Shown in pieces: positions 1 to 12,452 of a stretch of DNA of 64,000 nt. How positions within the stretch are numbered: the stretch's first letter is position 1; every line of letters starts with the position of its first letter. The notes under the pieces are model-generated. The model did no database searches and had not been told where the DNA came from. It saw only the letters and a list, made by a program, of their open reading frames with translations. The position numbers were made by a program, and so were the translations under genes. The stretch comes from Neocallimastix sp. 'constans' (taxonomy: Eukaryota): contig JBODTK010000106.1 in assembly GCA_050613775.1 (NCBI GenBank), forward strand, positions 62,001 through 126,000, written 5' to 3'.

Positions 1-666
1 ATTATTATTAAATTATATTTAAAATTTTTTCCATAATTAATATTTTTAGTATTTTTAAAAAAAACATTAAATAAAATAAATAAAAAAAAATAATACATCT
101 TTTTTATTCCATCAATTGACATAAAATTTTAATAATCGAATCATAGTATTAATTCAAACGGTAATTGAATATATTTAACTAATAATAATAAAAAAAATAA
201 CATTATTAAAGGTTTGGAAATTTAAAATGTTTTTAAATATGAATTCACGGAATTCACAAATTTATTAATATATTAGATATTAAAATTTAAACAAAAAAAA
301 TATATATATATAATCTTAATAAATAAATATATATAATTAATATAAATATTTCATTTTCATAAATTTACTGTGATAGTAATAAATTTATTATGAAAAAATA
401 AATAAAATATATATTATGTAATATTACATTTATTATTATTTGAAAAATTATATTTATATATATATATAACAAATAAATATTTATCTTAATAAAGGAATTT
501 TAAAAGTATAATATTTAAAAATAATAAAATAATAAAAAATTAACTAAAATATCTTTATATATAATTATTATTATTATAATAATAATAATTAAAAACAGAA
601 ATTATCGCTAACATCATCAATAAAGAAGAAATTAAATATTTAAATAAATAAATTTAAATAATAAAT

Positions 667-2115
667 ATGGATTTTGTAACTTTTGGTAAAAATAATTTTA
701 TTTGTTAATATTAATATTATTTATTATTATTATTATTATTATATATTCAATATATATTAATTAATATGCATTTCTTATAATATATTTAATTATATATTAA
801 TAATAGAACCTAGTGATAGTTTACATTTTGTCAAAAAATCAAATAGTAGAAATCTTGATGGTAAATTAATATATTTTTAGAAGTATATTTTTTTTTTTTT
901 TTTTCTATTAGAAATAAATTACAAAAATATGTAATATTTTTATGATATAAAAAATAATATTTATTAATGTATCTAATCTTCAATATATTAATACATCAAG
1001 AAACTGGATCACCAAAGAATGAATCCAATGCAAAGTCAATTATAACAATAAGCAATAACAATCCCGACCAGATAATCGGTATTTAATAATTTTTTTTTTT
1101 GTTTGAAAATCAATATATTCCATATACATATTGGTAGATATTATATATATATATTAATTATATTATTTTTATTTAATGAAAAATACAGGATTTAAAATTA
1201 AAACAACCTCCCCTCATAAATTTTGTGTTCGCCCAAGTGTTGGAAAAATTTTACCAAATAAAAAATCTGAAATTTCGGTTTATATTAGAATCCATGAAGT
1301 AATAATTATTTTATCACTATTTCTAATTTAATAAATGAATTTTAAGAGTATTAAATTAATGATATTAATAACTTTTAATATATGTATATGCTTCTATGAA
1401 TTATTTTAAACTTTTATTATTTATTTATTCAAAATAATTTTTAATAATTTTACTTATATAGAATAAAAAGTTAAATTCAGTAAGTTCTGACAAATTTTTA
1501 ATTCAAACAACTGTAATTTCAAGTGACATTGCTAATCTTAGCCAAGAACAGTCTATAGAAAAAATTGGTGAAGAATTTAAAAAATTAGATAAATTAAAGA
1601 AGACTTCACCTGCTGAAGTTGCTAATTTATTGAAAGAACATAAACTTCTTTGTGATATATCTGGTCTACCGAATATCAGTATCGATGATTCAAAGAAAGC
1701 AGTAACCTTAAATTCTTCAGAATCACCAAAGGACAAATCCTTAGCTTCTCCATTAACACCAAATGTTGCATCACCAGATAAAAAATCCCGAACAGAATTA
1801 AACGAAAACGAACTTTTAGAAAAGAATCCAAATAATATTGGGGAAGCTAATGCAATTATAAAAGAATTGGAAAATGCTATTCAAAAGTATTCTGCTGATA
1901 GTTTAAAGAATGATTTAGTTAAAACAGGAAGTTTTATCAGTGAATCAATAAATGATGATACTACAAAAAAGATTAATGAACAAACAGGACTTTTAAGTGG
2001 ATGGAACAAAAAAACTGCTGAAAAAAGTAAATTTCCATTAAATAAATCAATTCAATGGCCGATTGCACTCGTTATTGTTGTGATTGCTTTCATAATTGGT
2101 GCCTATTCATTTTAA
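667..2115 (+). CDS. VAP/Scs2-family ER membrane protein (N-terminal MSP domain, C-terminal TM anchor), multi-exon
   Basis: ATG at 667 followed by GT-AG introns. The exon at ~1188-1298 reads GFKIKTTSPHKFCVRPSVGKILP (MSP/VAP signature FKxKTTxPxxxCVRP). The last exon ends in the hydrophobic WPIALVIVVIAFIIGAYSF*. Internal exon borders are approximate. Confidence 0.85.
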
Positions 2116-2889
2116 AGGAATATTTTATAATAAAAGGAAAGAAGAAAAAAAAAAATAAAATAAGAAAAAATAAATAAAATATTTAACACTTAAAATAATG
2201 AGTCAAATCAAATAGATATCTTTAAAAAAATTTTTTTATAACTTTATTTTCGATTATTATTCAACATAATAGTAATATACGTTATTCTTTAAACTTAATA
2301 TTTTTTTTATTTTTTTAACAAAAAAGAAAAAAAAGAAAAAAGAAAAAAGGAAAATTTTAAATAAAAAATCTAAGCTAGTAATTATAATTATATATTATTA
2401 AAATTATGTATTATTTTAATAAACAATAAATAATAATAATAAATTAATTAATAATAATAAATAATTAAATAAAAAGAATTAAAAAATAGTAATGATAATA
2501 ATTTTTATGATGTATCATACATCTTAATTTAAATTATCATTATTATTATATTATTAAAAATAAAAATAAAAATTAATAATAATTATACAAAAAAAAAATA
2601 GATAATAATTAAAAAAAAAAAATAATAATAAATAAATATATAAATAACAAAAATAAATAAAAAATTAAGTATATATATGAATGTATATAGATAAAAAGTA
2701 TCATTAAAATATATATTATATAAATGTCATATACATAAATATATATAAATTTATAAATTCATCAAAAAAAATTTTCTAATATAGAAATTTAAAAATTAAA
2801 AGAATAATAAATAAATAAATTTTAACAATAATATTAATTATAGATTAATTATTTTTAATTAAATAAATTTATAAATAATCATATCTAAT

Positions 2890-3178
<289 letters not shown>

Positions 3179-3191
3179 TAAATTTGTCCAC

Positions 3192-4123
3192 TTTTTTTTT
3201 TTTTTTTTTTTTTTTTTAGAGTAGTAATAAAATTTACTTGTTAATTAAAAAAAAATACATGAAAATAATAAAAAAGAATTATGAGTTTCGACTAAGAAAA
3301 AATCTCTAACACTTTATATTCATTCATCAATAATAACTCATTGAGGATTAATATTATCATTCGAATTTATATCAGAAGTTTTTCTTTACTTCAACGTTTT
3401 AATGTTGACGCTCTTTACAACGATAAGTCCAATGGTGTATACAAATTGACCATAGTGTAAAAATTATTAATCAATATTATAAATTATTTAGGTATTCCGC
3501 AAGCTCCAAAAAATATGAAATAAGTGATATATAATATTTCAGCCATCAAAGATATACTACGTGAAAATTAATATTATCTTCAAAATCTTCCGCTGAATTA
3601 TCAGGATTGCTCAAAGATTTCTAATAAATAATCAGATAAGAATTAACAAAAATTTCACCAATAAATTAAATGAATTGTTGCTTGAATTCTTCAAATTCAT
3701 GACATAAAAGTATTTCCTACAAAATATGAAGTCGGAAAAGAAGACACTCTCCAAAGGTAATTGAAAGATATTAATGATAAATCTTCTTCTTTCCCCCGAA
3801 AATCCATCTTTAAAATTTCATATATTGCATTTCCACCAAGGAGACACAATACTTAAAATTAATATTATCATCTAAATCTTTCTCTTTGATATTCAAAGAT
3901 TTCTAATGAACAATCATAGAAAAAATAATAAATATTTTATCAACAAAATGAATGAATTGTTGCCTAAATTAGTTTGGACATAAAAGTATCAAATGTGTAA
4001 AACTAGTTATGATGTTACTTTCACCACAGCAAGGGCAATATGTTAGGTAATTTTATTATACCAATTTGTTTTTAACATTAGGTTTCACATTAAATATAAG
4101 TTCATATTTAACTCGTCCAATTC

Positions 4124-4155
<32 letters not shown>

Positions 4156-5390
4156 TTGAGAATATTTTAGAGATAGACGTTGAATAATTTTTTAAAACCA
4201 AATTTAAACTTCTTGTAATTAATTGATCGAATCATAGGTATATTTAAATAATGAACATTTTCCCTGTAAAACTTCCGTACTTCTCTAGGAAGTATATTAT
4301 TGTGTTTGTATATTGTTAATCTATGTGCCTTTTTCATCCATGAATAATGTGAAAGTATTGGAATATTTTTAAATAGTCGCCTTAGCACAAAAACTAGTTA
4401 TAAGAGATATAAATAGTTCATAAGATATATTATAAATAGTATTATAAATAGTATTATTGGAAGTTTTATATTTAAACTCAAAACTCTATAACAAACCTCG
4501 ATTAAAAATAGTTTGACCTTTTTTTTTTTTTTTTTGATCCTAATAAAGGTGTATAATAAAGAACTGAATTAGGGAAAAAAGGAAAATTGAGTACGAATTC
4601 TAAAATGGAAAGGTTCGTTTCTATTGGTTTAAAATATAAAGAAAGAATTAATCATATAATTTATTTTACTATTCATCTTAGCAATAATAGACTCTAAATC
4701 TAATGATTCATTAAAATGTATTCCATGATATCTATTTTGATTGGTAGATTGTTCATTCTAAGATTAAATGTAGAATTTTCATAATGTCTTGAAGGTATAA
4801 AGTTATTTAATTTAACAACGAGTGTTGCGCATTTACTAATTTCAAAGGTCATTTCATTTTTGATACCCTAATCATGAGCTTTATTTAAAATGTTTTTAAG
4901 AGAGAAGTTTTGTTAGGGTCGACAAAACAATATTATCAGCATATAGGATCCTACAATACGTTTTTCTTTCAGTAACCACACCAATTTTTTTTATATTTAT
5001 CAAATATGTCATTGATAAATCTATTAAATAAATAGGTGATAAGGGACACCCTATGATATATTGGAAATTCTGTTGAAAGTTTACCATTATAGTTTGTAAT
5101 AGCTTTTGAAGTAAGGTATAAATTAGTAATAAACTTATAGAAATTTACCGTGAATATCAATATTATTAAGTTTTTTAAATATATTATTAATTGGAACTGA
5201 ATCATAAGCTTTTTTGAAGCCAAGAAAAGCAAGAAAGGTAAATCGGTCATTAAATTTTCTTCTTTGGCAAATTTCACTAATTGAAACAAATAAACTAATA
5301 CATTCTTCTATATTTCTAAAACCAAAATGTTCTGGTATAATAATCCTATGATAAAAGCATACTTTTAGTCCAGGATTCAAAGTTATGAAT
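3192..5390 (-). mobile_element. Decayed, 5'-truncated LINE (RT and C-terminal fragments), relative of the element at 6055-11109
   Basis: Frameshifted fragments PEHFGFRNIEECISLFVSISEICQRRK, AFLGFKKAYDSVP, GCPLSPI and LYADNIVL match the intact ORF. The poly(A) tail appears as a T-run at 3192-3217. Confidence 0.85.
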
Positions 5391-5941
5391 AAAAATTAAA
5401 GTAATTTTATGGTTAGGACCAAAATGTCCCAGACTTCCATATGTGTATAGTAGACTTTTCAAAATAAGCACTAACAAATATTAATAAAAAAATTATTATA
5501 AAAATAAAATAAAAAAAATTAAAAAAAAAAAAATAAAGTCTTCGTTGTGATCTTTTCTTTTGAATTATTTTTATCTTTATTTTTTTCATCATTTTTTTTT
5601 ATATTATATTAATTTCATTCAGATTTATAACCAATTTTTTTTTTTCAAATTGTTAGTGAATAGTTTTAATTGTAAATGTTTTATATAATATTGAGTTTTG
5701 GTTTTTAATGGTTCTCTATTGATATTCTATTGATATCTAATAATATTTTATCATATAATTATTGGTGAAGTGAAAATATTAATAAAAATAAATTATTTTT
5801 TATAAAAAATGTAAATAATATAATAATATTAAGTATAAAAAGTATATTAAAAATATTAAAAAACTGAAAAAAAAAATACATGATGCGAAACGATTTCCTA
5901 CAGCAATTTAAAAAAGTCATAATTACATAACCATTCAAAAA

Positions 5942-5988
<47 letters not shown>

Positions 5989-6050
5989 ATGATAAATATA
6001 GTATTATAACAATTATACATGAATGATTCATATACGAAGAAGCAATAAAT

Positions 6051-6054
<4 letters not shown>

Positions 6055-6096
<42 letters not shown>

Positions 6097-9000
6097 CTTA
6101 GAGAAAACTTTATTTAATTTATAATAATAATAATAAAATTACATGAAATTAAATGAAAAAATAACAAATAAAATACATGAAATAAAATATTATATATTAT
6201 AAAATTATAAAAGTGCGTTAGAAGCAATAGCCTCTAACTTTTCCCATTCCTCGATAATAACACCACGTCCATTATTGTGAGTAATAATTTCAGTATTAGT
6301 GTTATCAATCGAATCTGTATCTGGAGGTGAAAATCCATGCCTTATCATTTCGACGTCGACGCTCTTGGTAACGGTAGATTCAACGGAATACCATTTCATC
6401 ATCAAACTAAAAGATCGACAAATTAATGGTATTACGTTTGTTAGAAACTCCGCAATCCCCACAAAATACGGAACTGTTGACGAAGTTGAACTTTGTTTAA
6501 AAATATTGTCAACTAATTGTCTTTGTTCCCCATCATTAACTTTAATTTTTGAATATATTGAACGCCCACCAAGAAGTGCACTCAATATATAATAATAAAT
6601 ATTATTATCATAATCCTTTTCTGAATCTAAAGACACATCCAAGGATTTTTGTTCAATTATCAATGCAAACTTCAAAAAGAGATCATCTAGAAAAGGTAAA
6701 GATTTATTTCTGTAATTTTCCAATTCTTTACAGGCAAAGATCCAGTGAGAAAAGCTAGGTACACTAACACCACAACAAGGGCAACATTTAGGGCAATCTT
6801 CTGAGACGATTTTTCTTTTAATGGAAATACTAATGTCGAATTTAAAACCACACCTAATACGAGAAATCCAAAAGAATCCCAACTGATACTTAGGATATTG
6901 AAATGTTAAGTTTCTGATTTCTGAAATAAATCCAAAATCATTCTCCTTGTAAATAATTGCTTTTTTAGCTTTTGAGGGTTTGAAGACATCTCTTTCCCAA
7001 TAAAACTTTTTTATTTCACTTGTTTTTTTACCATTTAATTTCTTATCCAATTCACGAGTAATATTATAGAGACTAACAGAAGAATTGCGAGATTTAAATC
7101 CGTAACTCCAATAAAGTCCTCTATTAATAATTTTTTGAGCTTTAGAACATCTGCTCTTATTTGAACCAAAGAGAGGAGCATAATATATAACAAGACTAAG
7201 AATAAACGAAATTAAAACATATTTCTTCAATGGGAGAGGAACAGATTTATTAATAAGAAATCGAAAGTACAAATTTAACTTGACATTTAAATTACTGTTT
7301 AATTTGGATTGTATAGGTTTCAGTGATAAAGATTCATCAAAAGGAATACCAAGATAGGTATAGTTGTCAGTTTTAGGTAATTTTTTACTACCAATAAAGA
7401 AAGATGGATCTTCATAATTTATCGATTTAACAAAGTTAATCGGTTTTAAAACAAGAGTAGCACACTTATTAATTCCAAAAGTCATTTCATTTTTAATAGC
7501 CCATTCATGAACTTTATTCAAAATTTTCTTAAGAGCTTGTTTAGATGGAGCAACTAAAACAATATCATCCGCAAAAAGTCCACCACAACAATATTGAGAA
7601 TCTAAATATACACCATACTTATCACAATTATCCAGTATATCATTAATGAACAAATTGAATAAAATAGGAGATAGAGGGCATCCTTGTCTAACACCACGAT
7701 TAATCGAAAATTCTTCTGAGAGATTACCATTAAAAAAAGCACGAGCTTTAGAGGATAGATAAAGATTCTTTAAAAACAGATGACATTTATCTCTAATTCC
7801 TAAGTTATATAATTTGGTCAAAATATTAAAGATAGGAACTGAATCATAGGCTTTTTTAAGATCGAGAAAAGCAAGATAAGTAAAATTTCCTTTAAATTTT
7901 CTTCTTTGACATATCTCTCTAATTGAAATATACAAACTTATGCATTCTTCTTTATTTCTAAATCCAAATTGTTCAGGTCTAACAAATTTATGTTCAAGGG
8001 CATATTTAGCAATTCTATTAGTAACAATCTTCGAAATAATTTTTAAGCCAACATTAATAAGAGAAATACCACGATAATTATTACAATCCGAAAGATCTCC
8101 TTTTTTTGGAATTGATATTATAGAAGCCGAATTCCACTCTTCAGGGAAATCACCATCCCAGATTTTGTTAAATAATGAAAGTAAACATTTAGCACACTTA
8201 GAGTAGTGATCATCTGAAGAATCATCTTGATTATCGGATAAATCAGATTTACTAAAGAAGGCTTTAAAAAATTCAATCGGAATACCATCGGGTCCAGGAG
8301 CTTTATTATTTTTCATTTCAAGCACAGTGTTTTGAATTTCTTCCATAGTAATAGAATCATTAATATCCCAAGTAAGATTATTATTAGGATTAGTTCCAAA
8401 TAAACTTACCCAGTATTCATTATCCAAACTGTGTTGAGTAACATCAGAAGCTAGTTCACTGTAATGTTCAGCAAATCGATTTAATTGATCCGAATGAGAA
8501 AATAAAAAGTTACCCTGCTTGTCCTTTAAAACACTTGACGAAATAGAATTAGAGTACATAGGGCGAGATAGCTTCTTTAATTTTAACCAAGCACTCCTAG
8601 CATTTTTATTACTAAAATCATTACATGCAGATTCTATTGACTGATGAAATTGTTTTGATTTAATAGAAAACTTAATTGACCTGACTTTACCACATATATT
8701 TTTATACTCACGAAGCAAATTTAAAAATTCATCAAGGTTTTCAAGATTAGAACCTAAAGAAAAATTTTTGATTTCATTAAATGCAACATGCTTTTCATGA
8801 GAAAGTTTCTTGATATAATAAGGGCAGTGGAAAGCTGATCCTTTAAGATCACAAGGAACTCTAGCATGAACTTTATCACCAACTTTATTAGCTGTTTCTA
8901 TAAATTTATTGACAATTTCATTAGAACTTAATTCTTTATTATCATCAAATTCATTAAGAAGAATTGAGAAGTAGTTACTTGAGAATATTTCATTATGCTT

Positions 9001-11109
9001 TTCATTACACATGCGTTGGGACCACTTGAATCTTCTAGAAGGAGTAGGAGCACGAAAACCTTCTGAGTCATCTTTCTTACAGGAAAGGATAAGAGGGAAG
9101 TGGTCAGATATATCATTGAATGTACTACAAACAGATACCTTATTAATGTATTCCTTCATTTTACAATTAAATAAAACATGATCAATACAAGACGATCTAC
9201 CATCCCGAGCCCATGTGAAATCGAGACCTGATAAGTATTTAGTGAACCACTGATAAGATGATTTATTAAGTAAACTATCTAATTGGGATTTAGACATATT
9301 AAAGTCACCTACAAGAATAGAAGGTGTATTAGTATGTTTCTTTATCCAATTAGTAATTTCTGAAAAGGCATTCTTTCTTTCTTCCTTATGAGTGACCGTA
9401 GGAACATAAATATTACCAATAGTGCATTTAATTCCCCAAAAAGAAGTAATGTTGACAGAAATGATATACTTATATTCAAAGGGATCAGGAGAAAATGAAC
9501 ATGAACGATGTACACTTATACTAAGACCTCTCATACCGGGTATATTTGGATCAGCTTTACGTAAAATTGTATTATAGTGACAAAGAAATGGGTAATTATT
9601 TGAATGTGCATTAAGGTATTGGCTATTACCGACCTCTTGCAAGCAAATACAGATGGGTTTAAAAATTTCATTAAAGTATCTAATACCATCACGTTTTTCA
9701 TCATTCCATCCATTAATATTCCAACTGACACAAAGATTAAAGAACTGAGTAGACGGTGAATAAATATTACTGTAAAGAAAATCTTTAGCCATTGATTTAG
9801 TTTCAAAAGAAGAAAATTTGTTGTTAAATTTCTTAACTTCACTGAAAGTTCTGATTTTGTCGGTTTGGATCCAATTAATTTTATTGATTGGAAGGCAATG
9901 GGTAAGAAGAAATAAAATATTTAGGTAATAAGTGGGTTTATCATAGTTTATCCTTAAAATGAAGTAATTTTCCATATTAGGTGTGTGTGTTTTTATAATT
10001 CCATGAACTATTTCATTGCAATTGGAAATACGTTTACTAAGAAATTCCCAAAGTTTACTAACAGACCATGATTGAAGATCATGAATAAAGATAAGAATGA
10101 AATCTTTATTCTGAATATCGTATCTTCGAAGACCACGTCGCAAAACAGGTATAGTTGCTGAATTTGAAGAAGTATTATCCATATCAAGAAAGCCTAAAAA
10201 ATAAAATAAAAGAAGAATAAAATAAAAATAATAAAAATAATAAAAAAATAGATAAAAAAATTTTTTTTTTTTTTTTTTTATATATATATATGTAATAAAA
10301 TAAATTAAAAAATAAAAGAGAAAGTAAATTCTCTTTAAATAGTAAAAAAAAAAAAATATTGGTGTTGAATATTTGAAAGCTTGAAATATAAAATTGTTCT
10401 TGATGATTGAATAGATTTTAGATTTTGTAAATAATTGATTTTATCCTGTATAACTGATATAATATTTATAAATTTACTCAAGGGTTAGTAATTTATTGAT
10501 ACAAAATTACTTGTATATACTGTAAAAATGAATAATTGTTTCTTTTTATCTTTTGAATGATTGTAATTCTTTCAATTAATAAAGCGCTTTAAGATGTTAA
10601 AAATTTTCTGTTGAATAATCATAAATTAGCTAAAAGTATATTTAAAAAGAAAAAATATTAGTAGAGAAAGACTATAAAAAAGATTCCCATCCGTTAAATA
10701 ATGTCTTAAACACAAGCTTTGGAGTGAATCAATCTCCTACATTTCCATTTTACAATAGCTACATGAAAGTATAAATAATACTATAGAAAAATACATATAC
10801 AAAATAATGCTAAAGTAAAAAATACAATAGATTCATTACAATGATAATATGTAGAAACTACATGATATTATTAATTATACAACTCCAATGTTACTACATA
10901 TCCAGTTTAAAACAATATAAAACATCAGGTTCACTTTCTACAGTCTTCCAGTATTCCAGTTTTCACTCTTCGTACTAGAAGCCACTTTAGAAAGGATAAC
11001 CATCGATTATCATCAGAATCACAGAAAGCTGTAATTAGTACACCTGATATAGGTTATTCCTTTTCCATCAACCCTCCATGGACCTGGAAAAACAGTCCAC
11101 ATCACTGGG
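6055..11109 (-). mobile_element. Full-length non-LTR retrotransposon (LINE) with single APE-RT ORF, poly(A) tail and 16-bp TSD
   Basis: T-run 6054-6093 is the poly(A) tail. Direct repeat GAAGCAATAAATAAAT lies at 6039-6054 and 11110-11125. About 930-nt 5' leader with no ORF of 60 aa or more. Confidence 0.92.
6205..10182 (-). CDS. LINE ORF: AP-endonuclease, reverse transcriptase and C-terminal CCHC knuckle (1325 aa)
   Basis: APE motifs SWNING, CLQE, GDFN, IDH, SDH. RT motifs KAPGPDG, YRGISL, QFGFR, LDLKKAYDSV, GVRQGCPLSPILFN, FADD, YLG. C-terminal CPCC..HWIFAC. Confidence 0.95.
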   Translation of the reverse strand: MDNTSSNSATIPVLRRGLRRYDIQNKDFILIFIHDLQSWSVSKLWEFLSKRISNCNEIVHGIIKTHTPNMENYFILRINYDKPTYYLNILFLLTHCLPINKINWIQTDKIRTFSEVKKFNNKFSSFETKSMAKDFLYSNIYSPSTQFFNLCVSWNINGWNDEKRDGIRYFNEIFKPICICLQEVGNSQYLNAHSNNYPFLCHYNTILRKADPNIPGMRGLSISVHRSCSFSPDPFEYKYIISVNITSFWGIKCTIGNIYVPTVTHKEERKNAFSEITNWIKKHTNTPSILVGDFNMSKSQLDSLLNKSSYQWFTKYLSGLDFTWARDGRSSCIDHVLFNCKMKEYINKVSVCSTFNDISDHFPLILSCKKDDSEGFRAPTPSRRFKWSQRMCNEKHNEIFSSNYFSILLNEFDDNKELSSNEIVNKFIETANKVGDKVHARVPCDLKGSAFHCPYYIKKLSHEKHVAFNEIKNFSLGSNLENLDEFLNLLREYKNICGKVRSIKFSIKSKQFHQSIESACNDFSNKNARSAWLKLKKLSRPMYSNSISSSVLKDKQGNFLFSHSDQLNRFAEHYSELASDVTQHSLDNEYWVSLFGTNPNNNLTWDINDSITMEEIQNTVLEMKNNKAPGPDGIPIEFFKAFFSKSDLSDNQDDSSDDHYSKCAKCLLSLFNKIWDGDFPEEWNSASIISIPKKGDLSDCNNYRGISLINVGLKIISKIVTNRIAKYALEHKFVRPEQFGFRNKEECISLYISIREICQRRKFKGNFTYLAFLDLKKAYDSVPIFNILTKLYNLGIRDKCHLFLKNLYLSSKARAFFNGNLSEEFSINRGVRQGCPLSPILFNLFINDILDNCDKYGVYLDSQYCCGGLFADDIVLVAPSKQALKKILNKVHEWAIKNEMTFGINKCATLVLKPINFVKSINYEDPSFFIGSKKLPKTDNYTYLGIPFDESLSLKPIQSKLNSNLNVKLNLYFRFLINKSVPLPLKKYVLISFILSLVIYYAPLFGSNKSRCSKAQKIINRGLYWSYGFKSRNSSVSLYNITRELDKKLNGKKTSEIKKFYWERDVFKPSKAKKAIIYKENDFGFISEIRNLTFQYPKYQLGFFWISRIRCGFKFDISISIKRKIVSEDCPKCCPCCGVSVPSFSHWIFACKELENYRNKSLPFLDDLFLKFALIIEQKSLDVSLDSEKDYDNNIYYYILSALLGGRSIYSKIKVNDGEQRQLVDNIFKQSSTSSTVPYFVGIAEFLTNVIPLICRSFSLMMKWYSVESTVTKSVDVEMIRHGFSPPDTDSIDNTNTEIITHNNGRGVIIEEWEKLEAIASNALL

Positions 11110-11125
11110 GAAGCAATAAATAAAT

Positions 11126-11375
11126 AAAAATGATACTAATTCCAAAATTCATCATATTAAATTCATCATATTAAATTTAGCCCATTCATTTACCTTCTTA
11201 AGCATTTTATGGCATTGTGTTTTTTTTTTTTATAAAAAAAAAAAAAAAAAAAAATAATGTCATCTGCAAAAAGACCTCCACAACAACGTTTAGATGCCAT
11301 ATTTATTACAATTAATAAAAATATAATAAAAATATCATTAATGAACAAGTTAAACAAAATTGGACAAGAAGGAAC
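11126..11375 (-). mobile_element. Older LINE RT fragment adjacent to the 5' TSD of the intact LINE
   Basis: The minus strand encodes PILFNLFINDI and RCCGGLFADDII-like pieces interrupted by A/T runs. Confidence 0.7.
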
Positions 11376-11490
11376 AAATATATATAATGATTGATATAAT
11401 CTTCAAAATCAGAAATAGAGTCATAGGAAGAAAGAGGATTATCCCCATTTATAATTTCAACATGTACTAATTATTATTTATATCACTATC

Positions 11491-11492
11491 AT

Positions 11493-11591
<99 letters not shown>

Positions 11592-11593
11592 TT
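11491..11593. repeat. (TTTA)n microsatellite
   Basis: Direct observation. Confidence 0.9.
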
Positions 11594-12452
11594 TTATATA
11601 TATATATATTATTTATATATAAACAATAAAATTGATAAAAAAAAAAGTATTAATTAATATAATGTAAATTATTTTACATATCATTAACTAATTGCGCATT
11701 TACTAAAAAGAAATTAAAGTTTTTTATGATTCTTTAGATACTTTTTTAATAATATTTACATTTAATATTTAATATAAAAATTAAATATTAAAAGGATAAT
11801 TAATGATTTAAATTATATATATACATTATTTACAATTATTAATTAGATTATAAATAAATTATAAATTAATTAGAATATCTTTATATACAATAAAAAAAAA
11901 TTAAATGTAAAAATAATCAATAATTTTATACTTATATACATATTTTACTCTTGTACTAAATTTTAACTAAAAATTAATAAATTTTCTCAATGATAATTTA
12001 ACTAATAAATTATAATATAATAGATATAATAAATCTAAAATAATAAATATTATTAATCATTTTTTAAATTAATTAATTTACAATACTTAAATATTATTCC
12101 AATAAATAATAGAGATTATTTTTACTTAATTATTTAATAAATAATAAATAAATAAGAATTATATTATTCATATAAAATATGATTTTATAAATATTTATAA
12201 TTATGAATTGTGTGGAGCATCCATTATTTAACCATAAAACGCCTTAATTTCTGTTATTTTAATAAAATAAATTTCAAAATTTTCGTTTTTCTTAAATTAA
12301 AAATATTATTAAATTAATTATGTCTTGATTTGTGTTTTTTTTTACTTTTTTGTTGGTTTTTTGTTTCTTAAAATATTTTTTTCCTTCCTTCAAATACAAA
12401 TCAATTATATTATTAAATTAAATGTTTAATTTTAAATAATAAAACATTAAAT

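Noticed and set aside
11008..11018. Hammerhead ribozyme core (CTGATGA on the minus strand) in the LINE leader
   Set aside because: No GAAA follows the adjacent stem at the required position.
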